This document shows positions 12,241 to 25,124 of a stretch of DNA of 64,000 nt, one piece after another. The position numbers and the translations under genes are program-made. The DNA is from Chrysomallon squamiferum (lineage: Eukaryota > Animalia > Mollusca): NCBI GenBank assembly GCA_012295275.1, contig CM022672.1:24924001-24988000 (forward strand). The letters run 5' to 3'. The notes under the pieces were generated by a model that ran no database searches, had not been told where the DNA came from, and saw only the letters and a program-made list of their open reading frames with translations. Numbering within the stretch: position 1 is the stretch's first letter; the number at the start of each line of letters is the position of its first letter.

Positions 12241-14507
12241 TAAACAAAACAAACAAGAAAAAACAACAAAGTAAACAACCTTATAATCACATTTATTTCT
12301 GAAACAACTACAGGTGGTTATATTTGTTATAGTTTGCTGAAAGACCAGTGTAAATACAATATATTATTTAATACAGCCTTTTAAATGGAATCAGTATTTT
12401 TGACTACAGATTAAATAGAACATTTAAACAGTTATTTTGTTTAGATTAATTTCCAAGTTTAATTCTAAAGTAACAAATTTATTATTACTTTCAGATGACA
12501 CTGATATGTTGATTGGTTGTTATTTAAATGAAGTAAATAAAAAAAAATATTTTTTTTTTAATTGAATTTATTACTATTGCTTTTTTTCTTCTTTTTTTTA
12601 AAATTAATATAGATAGTATGTCTATGATAATGTTTTATATTATTTCCATTTTGTATTAATTTAGCTGAGGCTAAATAGTTGTAATTTTACAATGTTAAAA
12701 AAATGAAATAAGTATTGCAGTTTTTGTGAAAATAATATCGCTTAAATATTTTATGCATCGTTGTCCAGTCGTTTGTTTTCTCTCTTGCATGTGAGATGAA
12801 TTAAATCAAAATATTTTTATTTTTATTTTAAATGACAACAATGGGTTTATGAAAACAAAAGTTAAAACAGAATTCTCAGAAATTAATCTGGTTTTTTCTT
12901 TCTATTTATTTATTTATATTTTATCTGCTTTTTATTTTATTTAATTTTATTTGATTTTTAAATTTTTTATTTATCAATATTTTATCTACTTTTTCGTTTT
13001 TTTTATTTTTTTTTTTTACATTTATTTGTTTATTTATATTATTTATTTATTTATATAATCATTTATTTTTAATTTTTATTATTTATTTATTTCATTCTTT
13101 ATTTTATTATTTTTTAAAATTTATTTGTCTTTTTCTTTCTAATCTTAGCTTTGTCTTTATTTCATGTCTCAAGGTTTGATTTATAGAACTGTGTGCGTGA
13201 TAAATAAAATAGTAATCTCTTTTAAAACGCCTTGATCTTTATAAGTTATCTCTTCGTTGAGCCCCACTGTTCAAGTACAGAACAGCAATAAACATCACGT
13301 TTGATAAATGTTTCCTATGTTAGTTTTCAAGTCTCTCTCTACATACACAAAAAGGCCCAATCACATGTCTTCTGCACGCAAATACCCACAAGTGTATGTT
13401 CAGAGTGTGTAAGATAATCAGTTACATATTGCATTTAAAACACTTTTTAAAGACATTTATTTCCAACAGAACCTACTGAAAAAATTTCAAACCTTTTTAG
13501 TTTGTTTTTTTAAGGATGTTTTTCTTACTGTTTCTGTAGTTATCTTAATTTAAGCGCGATTTAATATGCAAGAATGTTTGTAAATAAATTTCATTTTGTC
13601 AGCTTCCAAGATTTTTATTTTATTTACTTATTTTATAGAATTTATTTTTTCTTTCTATTTTTTATTATTATTATTTTTTTTAAATTTCGTATTCCATTTA
13701 AATTTGCTTTTATTAAAAATTTAAAAAATAAAGTAAAAAATACGAATTTTCTATTATAAATATTAATTTTTTAAATATATATTCTATCTATTTCAATTGC
13801 AAATATGTATTCACACACATACCGATATACTAACATACTTGAATTGTATGGAAGAAATCCAAATGCTGTAATGTGACACATCAAAATTTTGACCAGTATT
13901 TTATAAAATTTGAAAGAAAATGTGTACATTATGACAAAAGTGTGGAAAATAAACTAATCTATATTTCAAATTATTTAATCACTGAATTATTTTAAAATGT
14001 GCACTGAGATTTACAACAAAGATATAGTTCATTATCTATATAATAATTTCTAGTTTATATTTCAGAGTGTTTGGTTGTTTTGTTTTTGTGGTTTCGTGCG
14101 TGTGTGTGTGTGTGTGTATGGGTGTATGTGTGTGTGTGTGTAGAAATAAAAACAAAAATGAAATAATAAATACCAAACAGACATTGTGTCAGCATATATT
14201 TGTCATATTTTATTCTTAGCGATATTCTTAGCTAGCAGGTGAAAAAAATAATTTTGAATTTATTATACAGTTTAACTTGCATGTATTGTTTTGTAATTTC
14301 ATTTGTAAAAAAAATATTTTTGTTAGAAACGTTTTACAGCATACTTATATATTTGTTTATACTTTAATAAAAATAAAATATTGGAAATAACCACAAATAA
14401 ATAAATAAATAAATAAATAATTTTCAAAGGCCTAGAGATAAATTAAAAATATACTAAAAAGAAACGCTCTCTCTCTCTCTCTCTCTCTCTCTTAATAAAT
14501 CTCTCTC

Positions 14508-14549
<42 letters not shown>

Positions 14550-14751
14550 TGTCTGTGTGTGTGTTTGTATAATAACAACAGTTTGAAAGGCCTTTTTTTT
14601 TCTGTAGATAAATTAAAAACATATTTCAAAATTTTAATTCTTTAATATATTTTTTTTTTTTCAATATTTCCTTTTCCACTTGTTCTTTATCCCTGTTCCT
14701 TTTAGCTTTCCTTTTTTTATTTTTTTTTGTTTTTTATTTCCGCATTTTACT

Positions 14752-14790
<39 letters not shown>

Positions 14791-15596
14791 TTTTTTTTTT
14801 TTATTATTTTTTAACCTTTGATCTAATGTGTTCATATATTTTTAGTGTTATTATTCGTTTACCTTATTCTATTCAAAGCTCTGATAGCTAGCGCTTGGAC
14901 GAACGGATATCTATTTATATATGTTTTCTTTTTTCTTTTTTAAGTTTTTTTTTTTTTTGTAAAATCTATTTATATATTTGTGAATTTATTTACACTTTTT
15001 CCAAGATATAAGAATTTGTTACATGCTTTGAACACAGCCATCCATGTTTTAATAGATACACGTAATATTTGTGAGTTTTTTTTCTTGTTTTTATTTATAT
15101 CTTTTTTCTATCTATCTTTCTTTCTTTTTATTTTATTTATTTATTTACTTGTTTGTTTTTATTTATTTATTTATTTTTTTATTTTTTTTTTTTTTTTTTT
15201 TGTTTTTATGACATGTAATTCTTTTTTGCAAGATATTTCTTAAAATAATAAGTTACGACTATGGTTTTGTAATTATTGAGATTCTCTTGCTTTCTTATCT
15301 TTTCTTTTCATGTCATTCTTACATAAGATCGTTAAAACAATTCTCATGACTAACAGTTATGTACTAACATATTTTTCTTTCCAGAAATCAAATACGTTCT
15401 TCCTAACATCATTGTTATTAGTTCTAAATATCTTCCAGGAGAAAAGTTACGGCTAATGTATTTTGTATGGGTGTTTTTTCGTGTCCAGCTGGCTAATAAA
15501 TATAAAGGGCTGACAGTTTTCTTGAAATCTTACTGGTTTTCGCAAACCTTATTAACTGTCCTACTGTTTTGTACCGCCTAAACTCTCTCGTAGCTT

Positions 15597-15670
15597 TCAA
15601 CAGCTCGGCGTTTCCTCATCACCTGTCTTTGCCATCAGGCCTAGAATGCTCGACGTTTTGCAGACCAGTT
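15597..15670 (-). CDS. Candidate terminal coding exon (ELVCKTSSILGLMAKTGDEETPSC*) of an unidentified gene
   Basis: Acceptor TTATATTTGTTCACAG| at 15671; phase-1 frame joins the 20531-20689 candidate exon and ends at TGA 15599-15597. No homologue recognised. Confidence 0.25.
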
Positions 15671-15729
15671 CTGTGAACAAATATAAATCATTTTTATGCT
15701 TTCATGATGCAAAACTGCATCTCTCTCCC

Positions 15730-15932
15730 TTCCGCTTGTCCCGCCTCCTAGACGAAGGAGACATTTCTTGGACGCGATATCTCTGAAGGTTTATAAAACG
15801 CAAGACCCGATTTGAGTGAAATTTTTAAAAGTTCTTTAATTAAAGAGTTATTTCCGAAGGCGGTGCTTTATGGTCGTGTTTATGTTTGCGTTTAATTATA
15901 CAGGAATTAGCAGTGTTTTTCGTTATGTAAGT
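15730..15932 (+). promoter_or_regulatory. Candidate core promoter and short first exon of a + strand transcript
   Basis: GC box CCCGCCTCC 15740-15748, TATAAAA 15792-15798, then GTAAGT donor at 15927-15932, all in a CpG-rich island. Confidence 0.33.
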
Positions 15933-17204
15933 GTAATGAATTGCTGGTATTCTGGCTGGAATAGAATATTTCGTGCATGAAAGTTATTTTATTAGTTCAA
16001 ATATTGATATTGCTGAAGGAGTTAATTAGTGTGTGTTTTTTAAAGATAAAGTACATAGAAAACAATGTCATACTGTTACACTGTTCCTATAGATATGCCC
16101 CTGTTATTCAGGAAAAACCGAAAGTGTAAAATCTTAGTCAATCATAGCTCTAATCTTTCATTTTAATATAAAAAAAAAAAAAAGTAAAAAATAGAAAGTG
16201 AAAGAAAATGAAAACAAAAGGAAAAAAGAAACGAAATAATGAATAAGAGAAATTAAGAAGACGGAAATAAATATAAATGAACTGGTTGAATTTATATCAG
16301 GCATCTTGTATTACACAAATAATTATTTAGGGATTTGAAATAAATATAAATTTGTAAAAAAGTATTTGTAATTTATTTATTTATTAATTAATTTAAAAAA
16401 AAAAGAAAAAATAATCCTATTTGTAAATTGTACCAAACATTCCTTGTAATAACAGAAATAGAGTTCAGATGATCTCTTTAGAATGTTTTTCTTTATTTCT
16501 TTCTTTATCTTAATGTGTCTTCTTCTTTACTTCTATTTTCTTAATTTTACTTACTTATTGATTCCTTCGTCTGGTTAAAATTAAATTAATTATTATAAAA
16601 GTCAAAGGATAAATGAAGAGAAATGCATTTTGCTACTATTATTACGATTAGTGGTATTAATAATAAAAACAACAACAACAAATACATTTATAATATAAAT
16701 TATGTTATTTATATTACAAATATTTTAAATTTAATAATCGTATTTATTTCAGATTATTAAAAATGTAAAATATCCTGTTTTAAGGTAGTATTATTTTAAA
16801 TATAAAATATGCAATATTTTAATTCTGATTAACAGATTAATTTAATTATTTTTTACTTCTAATCCACTTTAATTACATGAGAAAATAAATGTATTTGTTA
16901 CAAATATTTTTATATAATTATATTTTTATCAGCGTCATAATAAAAATAGTTATCAAATAAAAATAATAAAGAGCGAGTTTATTATTAAGTTAATTTAACG
17001 ATTGCTTATACTATTTCTTCCTTTTTTTCACATAAACTATTCTCTCACTTTTTTAGCAACAAAATGTTTTGATTAGAATTTTGTTTATATTACTTATTAA
17101 TTCATAATATTCATGACTGTATTTAAATGTGGTTTTTAATTTATCATTAAATTTACATAATAATTCACAACAAAAGTTTTTGTTTTGTTTATTTATTTAA
17201 ATAT

Positions 17205-17244
<40 letters not shown>

Positions 17245-17384
17245 TTCAATTTCTTTACTTGTTTACTTCTATAATCTTTTCCTTTATTTCTGGTTTTATT
17301 TTAATAATAATAATGATGATGATGATTTTTTTGACGATATAATAATGAAATTCTGAGATAGTTTGTTTCTAACTTAACGCAGTC

Positions 17385-17520
<136 letters not shown>

Positions 17521-19659
17521 TCTTCTTTTCTATTATTTTTCTTTCATTTTGCATTTCGAAAAGACACAGAAAAAACACCCCCCAGCACTCCACTTTCTAA
17601 GAACGTCTGTTCACAACTTACTTACATAGATCAGTCGAAAGATAAATTGTACGAATACAAATTTCAACAAATCGTTTTGCTACTGTTATCTTGATGATTT
17701 AAAGAATGTGCGTCAACACTGGATATAGTTTAATAAGTTTCAGAATTCACTGTGAAAAATCCACCTAAGTTATTGCATTACTACTTTACATGAGATATAT
17801 TTTGATAAGAATTCTTTAACTTTCAGTTAAATTTGCAGTCGAGTTTCTTTTTCTTTCCCCTTGATTTCTTTTCTTTTTTTGATTATTGTAATATTATAAG
17901 TTATTTATCTAGATATTCATTCTTTCCTGAAAAAATAAAAAAAACAAACAAACAAACAAAAAAATCCGAAAATAAGAAAAGAATAAAACAAGAAGGGAAA
18001 AAAAAATAAAAAAAAAAAAAAAATGAACTTTTTGTATTTATTTATTAAATATTTGTAGTATATATGTTTTTTCTTCAAAACTTCTTAACGTAATATTTTC
18101 TTTTTTCCTTTTTTCTTTTTCTCTCTCTTTATTTATTTTTTTTTAATTTTTTTTCTGCAGTTAAAATTATACCGTCAATTAAATATAATTAAACAAAAAC
18201 AGTTAGTTTTGACTGTTAGAATAATAAAACAACAGGCAAATTTTTTTTAATATTTTATCTATTTTATTATATATTAAAAAAAAAAAAAAAAAATAATAGA
18301 TAAATAAATAAAAAGAAAAAAAAAAGGAGAAAAAGAGAGAAAAGAATTAAATAAAGATTATTAAATTTTTTTCTTTAAACTAAAAAGGAGATATATTTTT
18401 TATTGTTTATTTATCTCTGACAATTTGCACATAACAATAAAATTCAGTTTAAATGACTGAATAAAAATACATAGGCAATTTATCTTAGAAACGTACGATA
18501 GACTATCTGTAAATCAGTCAGTATAAAAAATAAAAGTTATTTAAAGTACACAGATATATTTTAATCTTATCTTACTAAAGTATTTATATACTTTTATTCA
18601 GTTTTAAACTGTACTTCATAAAACTGTAAAAATGCATACAAGTCATTATTTAAAGAAATGTACCTCGTGTGTGTGTGTGTGTGTGTATGTGTGGATATGT
18701 GTGTACATATGTATGTACTATGTCCTATCTATCTGTCTGTCTATCTGTATGTCTATCTATCTATCTATATTATGTACAATCAAATAAAATACAACTACAT
18801 GGACAAATATAATGCTTAGTTTTTGCAGACGTACCATATTTTGTTTGTGTACTGTATAAAAGTATTTTCATTTCAAGAATTAAATCATTGCCAGTATTCC
18901 ATAAAATGAAAGGCATGTTAAGTATATAGAAATATTTTCAAGTTTCACCTTTTACTTTTATCAATTAAATATAATTATTTTAAGTACATAGCTATAATTT
19001 AAGTCTTACCTTTTATACAAAGAGGTAAACAGTGATTAAAAACAGTGTATAAACATTTATTAAAGTTCCACGAATTGTAAGTCGCTTTTAATACATAAAA
19101 TTAAATATATTTTAAGTATATATGTAAAGTCTCAGTGTGTGTACAATTCAATAAAATATCATTCAAAAGACTGCTAAAGAAAGAACACGTTTCTGAAATA
19201 ACAGAAATTATAAGACTAAAAAATTAAAAATAGTTTAAGCAGACAAAGATTTTATTGCACAGTAATAAAGTAATATTCAAAGTCTAGTATTTAAACTACA
19301 TGTGACATTACTAGAGACATTTATGGCAAACTATCAATAATAAAAAGTACAAATGTCATAAGTTATGAAATATTTGAATATATGAAAACATAAATAGTTT
19401 TAAAAAATATGAACCTTTTTTGTATCTGATACTGTGACATAATAATAAAATTCACTTTAAATCACTTATAAAAATACGAAATATATGAATGTCAGTCTAC
19501 GAATATAAAAACGTAAGTATTTTAAGTGCATACATATATTTTAAACATATATTACGTACAATGAAATAAAATACGATTCAAAACCCTGCATTAAAAATGT
19601 ACATTCTTTATTATAGGTATAAAGAATTTTTAATATTTGAATATATACATTAAAATATA

Positions 19660-19660
19660 A

Positions 19661-19700
<40 letters not shown>

Positions 19701-19870
19701 ATATATATATATATACACACACACACACATATAAATACATACATACACACACGTACATATATATATATACACACACACACGTACATATAAATACATACAT
19801 ACATACAAACTTATACATATATATGCATACATAAACATACGTAGGTACACACGCAGACACAAACATATAA
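19660..19870. repeat. Compound (CA)n/(TA)n/(TACA)n microsatellite
   Basis: Direct reading; explains ORFs 19630-19896 and 19650-19880. Confidence 0.9.
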
Positions 19871-20530
19871 TTATACACACTTAGACTCACGTACATATAT
19901 TCTGATTAGAGAATAAAAGTACATAAAACAATATACTATTGACAAACTAGTAACAATAACAACAACAACAACAAAAGGAAATGTGATTGATTTCTAATAA
20001 CTGAAATAAAACATATTATATATCAGCTCACAAAATTATACTTCACAAAATTTTAAAAAAAAAAAAAAAAAAAACAGTCTGGTAAGCATTATGACATATT
20101 AACAATATTTGAATATAAAGGAAAAAAAAAAAAACACTGGTCAATTTCATGTACACAGAACAAAAATGCAGTTTAAAATATAAATATGTGAACGTGGGTG
20201 TATTTGAGTGTGTGTGTTTTTTTTTTGTGCATGCTGATATGTGTATATGCATTTATTTATTTATTGTTTACATTTTTAATATTGTTGTTACACAAATGTT
20301 AGATATAGCGATAAAATATTTGGCTTTTTAATAGATACATACATACTACAGGCATTTATATATATATACAAAAAAGTGAATTTAAATATAAGAACCATTT
20401 TATATGCTTTTAATATGTAGTTAACTTTTGTTTTATTCAATTATTTATGATATGAAATTTCAATAAAACAAAATTAACCTTCGTATTATTTAGACAAACG
20501 TTTGTCTCTAAGTGTTTATACTGAACTTAC

Positions 20531-20689
20531 CTCGTTCCTGTCTGTACTGAACAGTACAGAGGCTGTACTCACCATTTAACGCGTAAACCAGATCTGCAGT
20601 GAGAAAGTATTTCCCATCTTGTAAGTCTGCAACCAAACACCGATTATTACAAGTCATACAGGCCATGTTCATGGACTCTGGTAACTGCA
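20531..20689 (-). CDS. Candidate internal coding exon (xQLPESMNMACMTCNNRCLVADLQDGKYFLTADLVYALNGEYSLCTVQYRQER)
   Basis: Acceptor CATTTCAG| at 20690, strong donor GAG|GTAAGT at 20531/20530, 159 nt, phase 1-1, only one frame open, GC-richer than the flanks. Confidence 0.35.
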
Positions 20690-20914
20690 CTGAAATGACC
20701 TTTATGTGAAGGTTATGAAGTGTTTTTCTCACATATATAATTTACCCGAAACTAATTTTAATAATGTTAATTAATAAAGAATAACTTTAAAAATAACATT
20801 TAAATTTTTTTTTTAAATAATAATAAATAAATAAATAAATATTAAATTAAATAAAAAACTGAATTCTTTTTTTAAAACCCGTTTATAGTAAAAATGTCAT
20901 GAATACAATATTTA

Positions 20915-20975
<61 letters not shown>

Positions 20976-22019
20976 GATTCACGTATTATGACGGAAAACG
21001 TTTAATCCTTCTTTCTGTTATTTTACTTTTTCTTTCCAAAAATCATGAATTAACAAACTCGAAATAAAATGAAAAAATAAAAAAAAGTGATTTTTTTTAT
21101 GTTTATATAAATATTCAAGCGCCATGATACGACCTTACCAAGGTTTGAAGTTTAATTTAAATTCGTCTTGTGCGGACATGTTTTATTGTGGTTTTGGATT
21201 CATCTTTCGCAAACACCAGGTGCAATTTATCAATTTATTTACCATTTATAGTGAGTCACATCAGTTTGGAAATTCATTTCGAAGTGACTACGAGCTCTCT
21301 GCGACATTTCTGTTATGTTATATTAATTGCCTGTACAGAATATCATAAACGAAACCAAATCCTATTTTTAATCCAGCTGAGAAAAAAAAGATTTATTGCT
21401 GGAAGTCCTTTATTCAGTTTCCAAACTGCAAAAAAAAAAAAAAAAAAAAATTTTTATTAATCAGTCAAAAAATATTATAAATATTTAAAATTTATATAAA
21501 AAAGGAGAATAGAAAACTGAAAAAAAAAAAGCGAGAACAAAACCTTTCATTATTCAGTTTACATTAAAAATATTTATATTGAAATAATAATCAAAAAAAG
21601 AAAATATAATAATTTTTTTTTATTTAATTTAAAAATTATCATAATTTATGCTAATCATTCACAAATAACGTCTCACATACTGTATAAGTCGAAATTTTGT
21701 TGTTTTGTTTGTTTAACTTTTAATTTATTTTTATTTTATTATTTTTTATAAAAATAATTTAATAGTCAAATGTACACTACATGGTAAGTAAAACCTAACC
21801 TGTCAAAACTAAAGAATTATGCTGAAAAATTAAAACCTTTCTCAGACTAATGATAAATAATGGTCTAATGAATGAATCAATCAGAGAGTGTGAAATAGAA
21901 AATATCAAACTGTAACCAGCCAAGAATTTTTTTATTTTTTATTACCAAACTAAGACGGAATCAATATAAACTAAGTTTGTCTATTGTGGCTTCGGAAAAA
22001 TGTATTTATTTATGTATCT

Positions 22020-22235
22020 TCTCCTTTTTCTTCTTCTTCTTCTTCTTCTTTTCTTCTCCTTCTCCTTCTTCTTCTTCTTCTTCTTCTTCTTTTCATTATC
22101 ATCGTCATTATTATTATTATTACTGTTGTTGTTGTTGTTGTTGTTATTGTTATTACTCTACTTTTCATTATCATCGTCATTATTATTATTATTATTATTG
22201 TTGTTGTTGTTGTTGTTATTGTTATTACTACTACA
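22020..22235. repeat. Compound trinucleotide repeat (TTC/ATT/GTT) with an internal ~70-bp duplication
   Basis: TTTTCATTATCATCGTCATTATTATT...GTTGTT...TATTGTTATTACT occurs twice in tandem; explains four overlapping ORFs. Confidence 0.9.
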
Positions 22236-25092
22236 CTATAGCCGGCTGTTTGTCTTGAGATCAGTCTTCCAGAACAGAAATTGGGATATTTGCCATTTGC
22301 CACGATTTCATTATGAAAAATGCATATTAATAATTCAATATCAGCGTCATCAGCGTCATCATCATTATCGTCATTGTTCTTTCTGACAATAATTTTGAAA
22401 TAATAATATATAAGAACTACATTTGGTAGGAAGATTAAGTAAATTAGTAATAACCTTAAAGAACAGCAGGCTTCATATTTCCATCGATTCTCGAATCACT
22501 GTTGTGTTAACGTTTACATTAATTCAATAGACTAATAATTATTTCAAATCTTTTAGTCCCGTTACGTAACAGTTTTAAAATGTACAGTGATGTTCATTCA
22601 TCTGAAAGCGAAGCTTTGGAAAAAAGAACTAATTATACTAATGGATTTTTCGAATACATTTTAATTATTATCTTTTCTACGTAATTTTTCTTGGAAGCGA
22701 GGACAAAAGTTTTGAAATGAATAATCTGATTTAAAATTATCAATAAATTTTTAACTATATTGGATAATATACCAAAAATGTTTTTTTTGTTGGTTTTTTT
22801 TTTTTTTTTAATATTTTTCTTCTTTCGGTAGCACAGTAAAATTGTTGTTATTATTATTATCATTATTATTGCTATTATTTATTTATTTATTTTTATTTAT
22901 GTATTATTATTATTATTATTGTTGTTGTTATTGTTATTCTTGTTGTTTTCTTCGTCATCATCATTACAGTTATAATTTTTATATCATTTTCTATTTGCTA
23001 AAACTAATAACAAATATATATATTTTTTTAATATGTTAATTAAAATTTATTCATTTATTTCAATAGGTTTTCATTTTCATTAACGTAATTTTCACCTAAT
23101 TTTTGTATTATTATTATCATGATTATTACAGATTCTCTAATTTACTGGTAAAATGGTTTGTTTAGGTTTTTATTTATTTATTTATTTATTTATTTTGTTG
23201 TTTTTGTGAAACCAAAAATTTCAAAATTAAAAAGTTTCTGTCGATTAGCAAGCAGCAACATGGGTGTTACTCGATGTTGCATATTTTAATATTTCATTGT
23301 TTCATTTTGTTTTGTTTTTATCCTTTTATTTAAGATAATCTGAAATAATAATTATACTTTATTATTGACAAACATTTTTTAGAAGTAAAGATACAAATTA
23401 CAAATAATTCATTCCAACGTTAAATATACATTTATTAAAAAATTAAGAACAAAATATGGAACGTCATCTTTCTCAAAAAAACATTAATTTAGTGGATAGT
23501 GGTATATCACTTTCTTTGAATAACTATTGATTAGAATTCTCGTTTAAAAATTTTCAAAGTTTGAACATAATTTATAAATACACTGTAATTCGGCATAAAA
23601 AGTATTTAAGAACTTACAAATAGTGTTGCGTTAACTTCTTAAGATTCAAAAACAGTATTTTTATATGCTGTTAATTTACACATTAGAAGACGCAAACGCA
23701 CATACGCACACTCACCTCCACAAAAATACAAACTATAATAATTTAAAAAAACTTTATTAAAAAAATTAATTCGGTCAATTATAATACACATATATACATA
23801 TATGAACATGTGTGTGTATATGCATGTATGTGTATTGCATGAACTTCCAATAGTGTTCTTTACGTATTCCTACCAGAAGATGACGTAAGCCATATTTCAT
23901 CGCTTGATCAGAAAATAAATGGCAATTTCCAGTGCTGGACATTTTGTACGCTTTCAACCCTTTGGTGTTTATCTGTAATCAAACAATGGCACTGGCACAA
24001 GACGCTCTGCAGTTCTCGAGAGGGAAAAGTCAATTTCCACTGATTGAAAAGAAAAAAGAAAAAAGAAAAAACTAAATTCGAAATCCCCGAGTGTTTTACA
24101 TATCACAGCGCGCGTACTGATCTTTATTTTTTTCTATATTTATTAATATTTTTCTTCCTCTTCTTCTTCTTCTTCTTCTTCTTCTTCTTTTTTTTTTTTT
24201 TATTATTATTATTATTTATTTTTTTATGTATTTATTTATTTTTTATAATACTTTATGGACGGTGTTTAGTTTTCTGAGTTTTTCTATTTGTTTGTTTGTT
24301 TATTTGTTTGTTTATTTATTTATTTAGAATTTTTTTTTTTATCAAAGGGAATTCCAGAAAATGCAGAAGTTACAGAAATTAATAGATTCATTGAAGTGCT
24401 TAAAATACAAATTAACACACACACTCAAATACATACATGCACAAATCATACTAACATAAAACACACAAGCACGCACGGATGCACATACACATGTATAATA
24501 TACATCCACTAATACTGTTACATTAGAAAAATAATACATTTTATTTTCCTTTGTTTTTTTGTTTTTTTGTGTTGTTGGTAGTTTGTTTTTGCTTTTGTTA
24601 GTATTTTTTATTTGTTTGTTTTGGGGTTTTGGTAGTTTAATTCTAATATTTTTTTCTTTAGGGAGATGATTTAAAATATTAACATTTATAATATAAATTT
24701 CCAAGAGATTTAAATGCCTAGATAATAATAATATATATATATATATTTTAAATATTTATTTATTAAATTATTTCAAATCCACAGCTGGTAGCCACTGTCG
24801 TCGACAAATCATATCAGAATTATTTTAACTTTCGATACATCACATTTTTATGGAGCGCACCTCTCGTTATTAAATTTAAAAAAAAAAAAAAAAAGTTTGT
24901 TGATATTTGGTGACAAGTTCTAAAATATTTTAAAGCGTAAAACAAAACGTTTGTTACTTAATTCAAGCAGCTGTGAATAATAATCCGATCTCATGACGAT
25001 AACTTTAATACAGCTTTTTAAAAGTGTCCAAGACTCTAAGCGCTTTAGACGATGAAAATAACACCAACTTCACAAGACCAAAACTAACTTAC

Positions 25093-25124
25093 GAAGAATG
25101 TCACGTGGTTTGTACGGAAACGCC
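25093..25124 (-). CDS. Candidate 32-nt micro-exon (AFPYKPRDIL)
   Basis: TTTCCGATTTCAG| acceptor and |GTAAGT donor; the reading that ends in phase 1 joins the 20531-20689 exon. It overlaps an E-box, so it could be purely regulatory DNA. Confidence 0.18.

Noticed and set aside
20573-20593. Alternative micro-exon CTGCAG|ATCTGGTTTACGCGTTAAATG|GTGAGT reading IWF
   Set aside because: The IWF frame reads IWFTR* and so is not a homeobox. The internal splice-like sites do add doubt to the 159-nt exon call.
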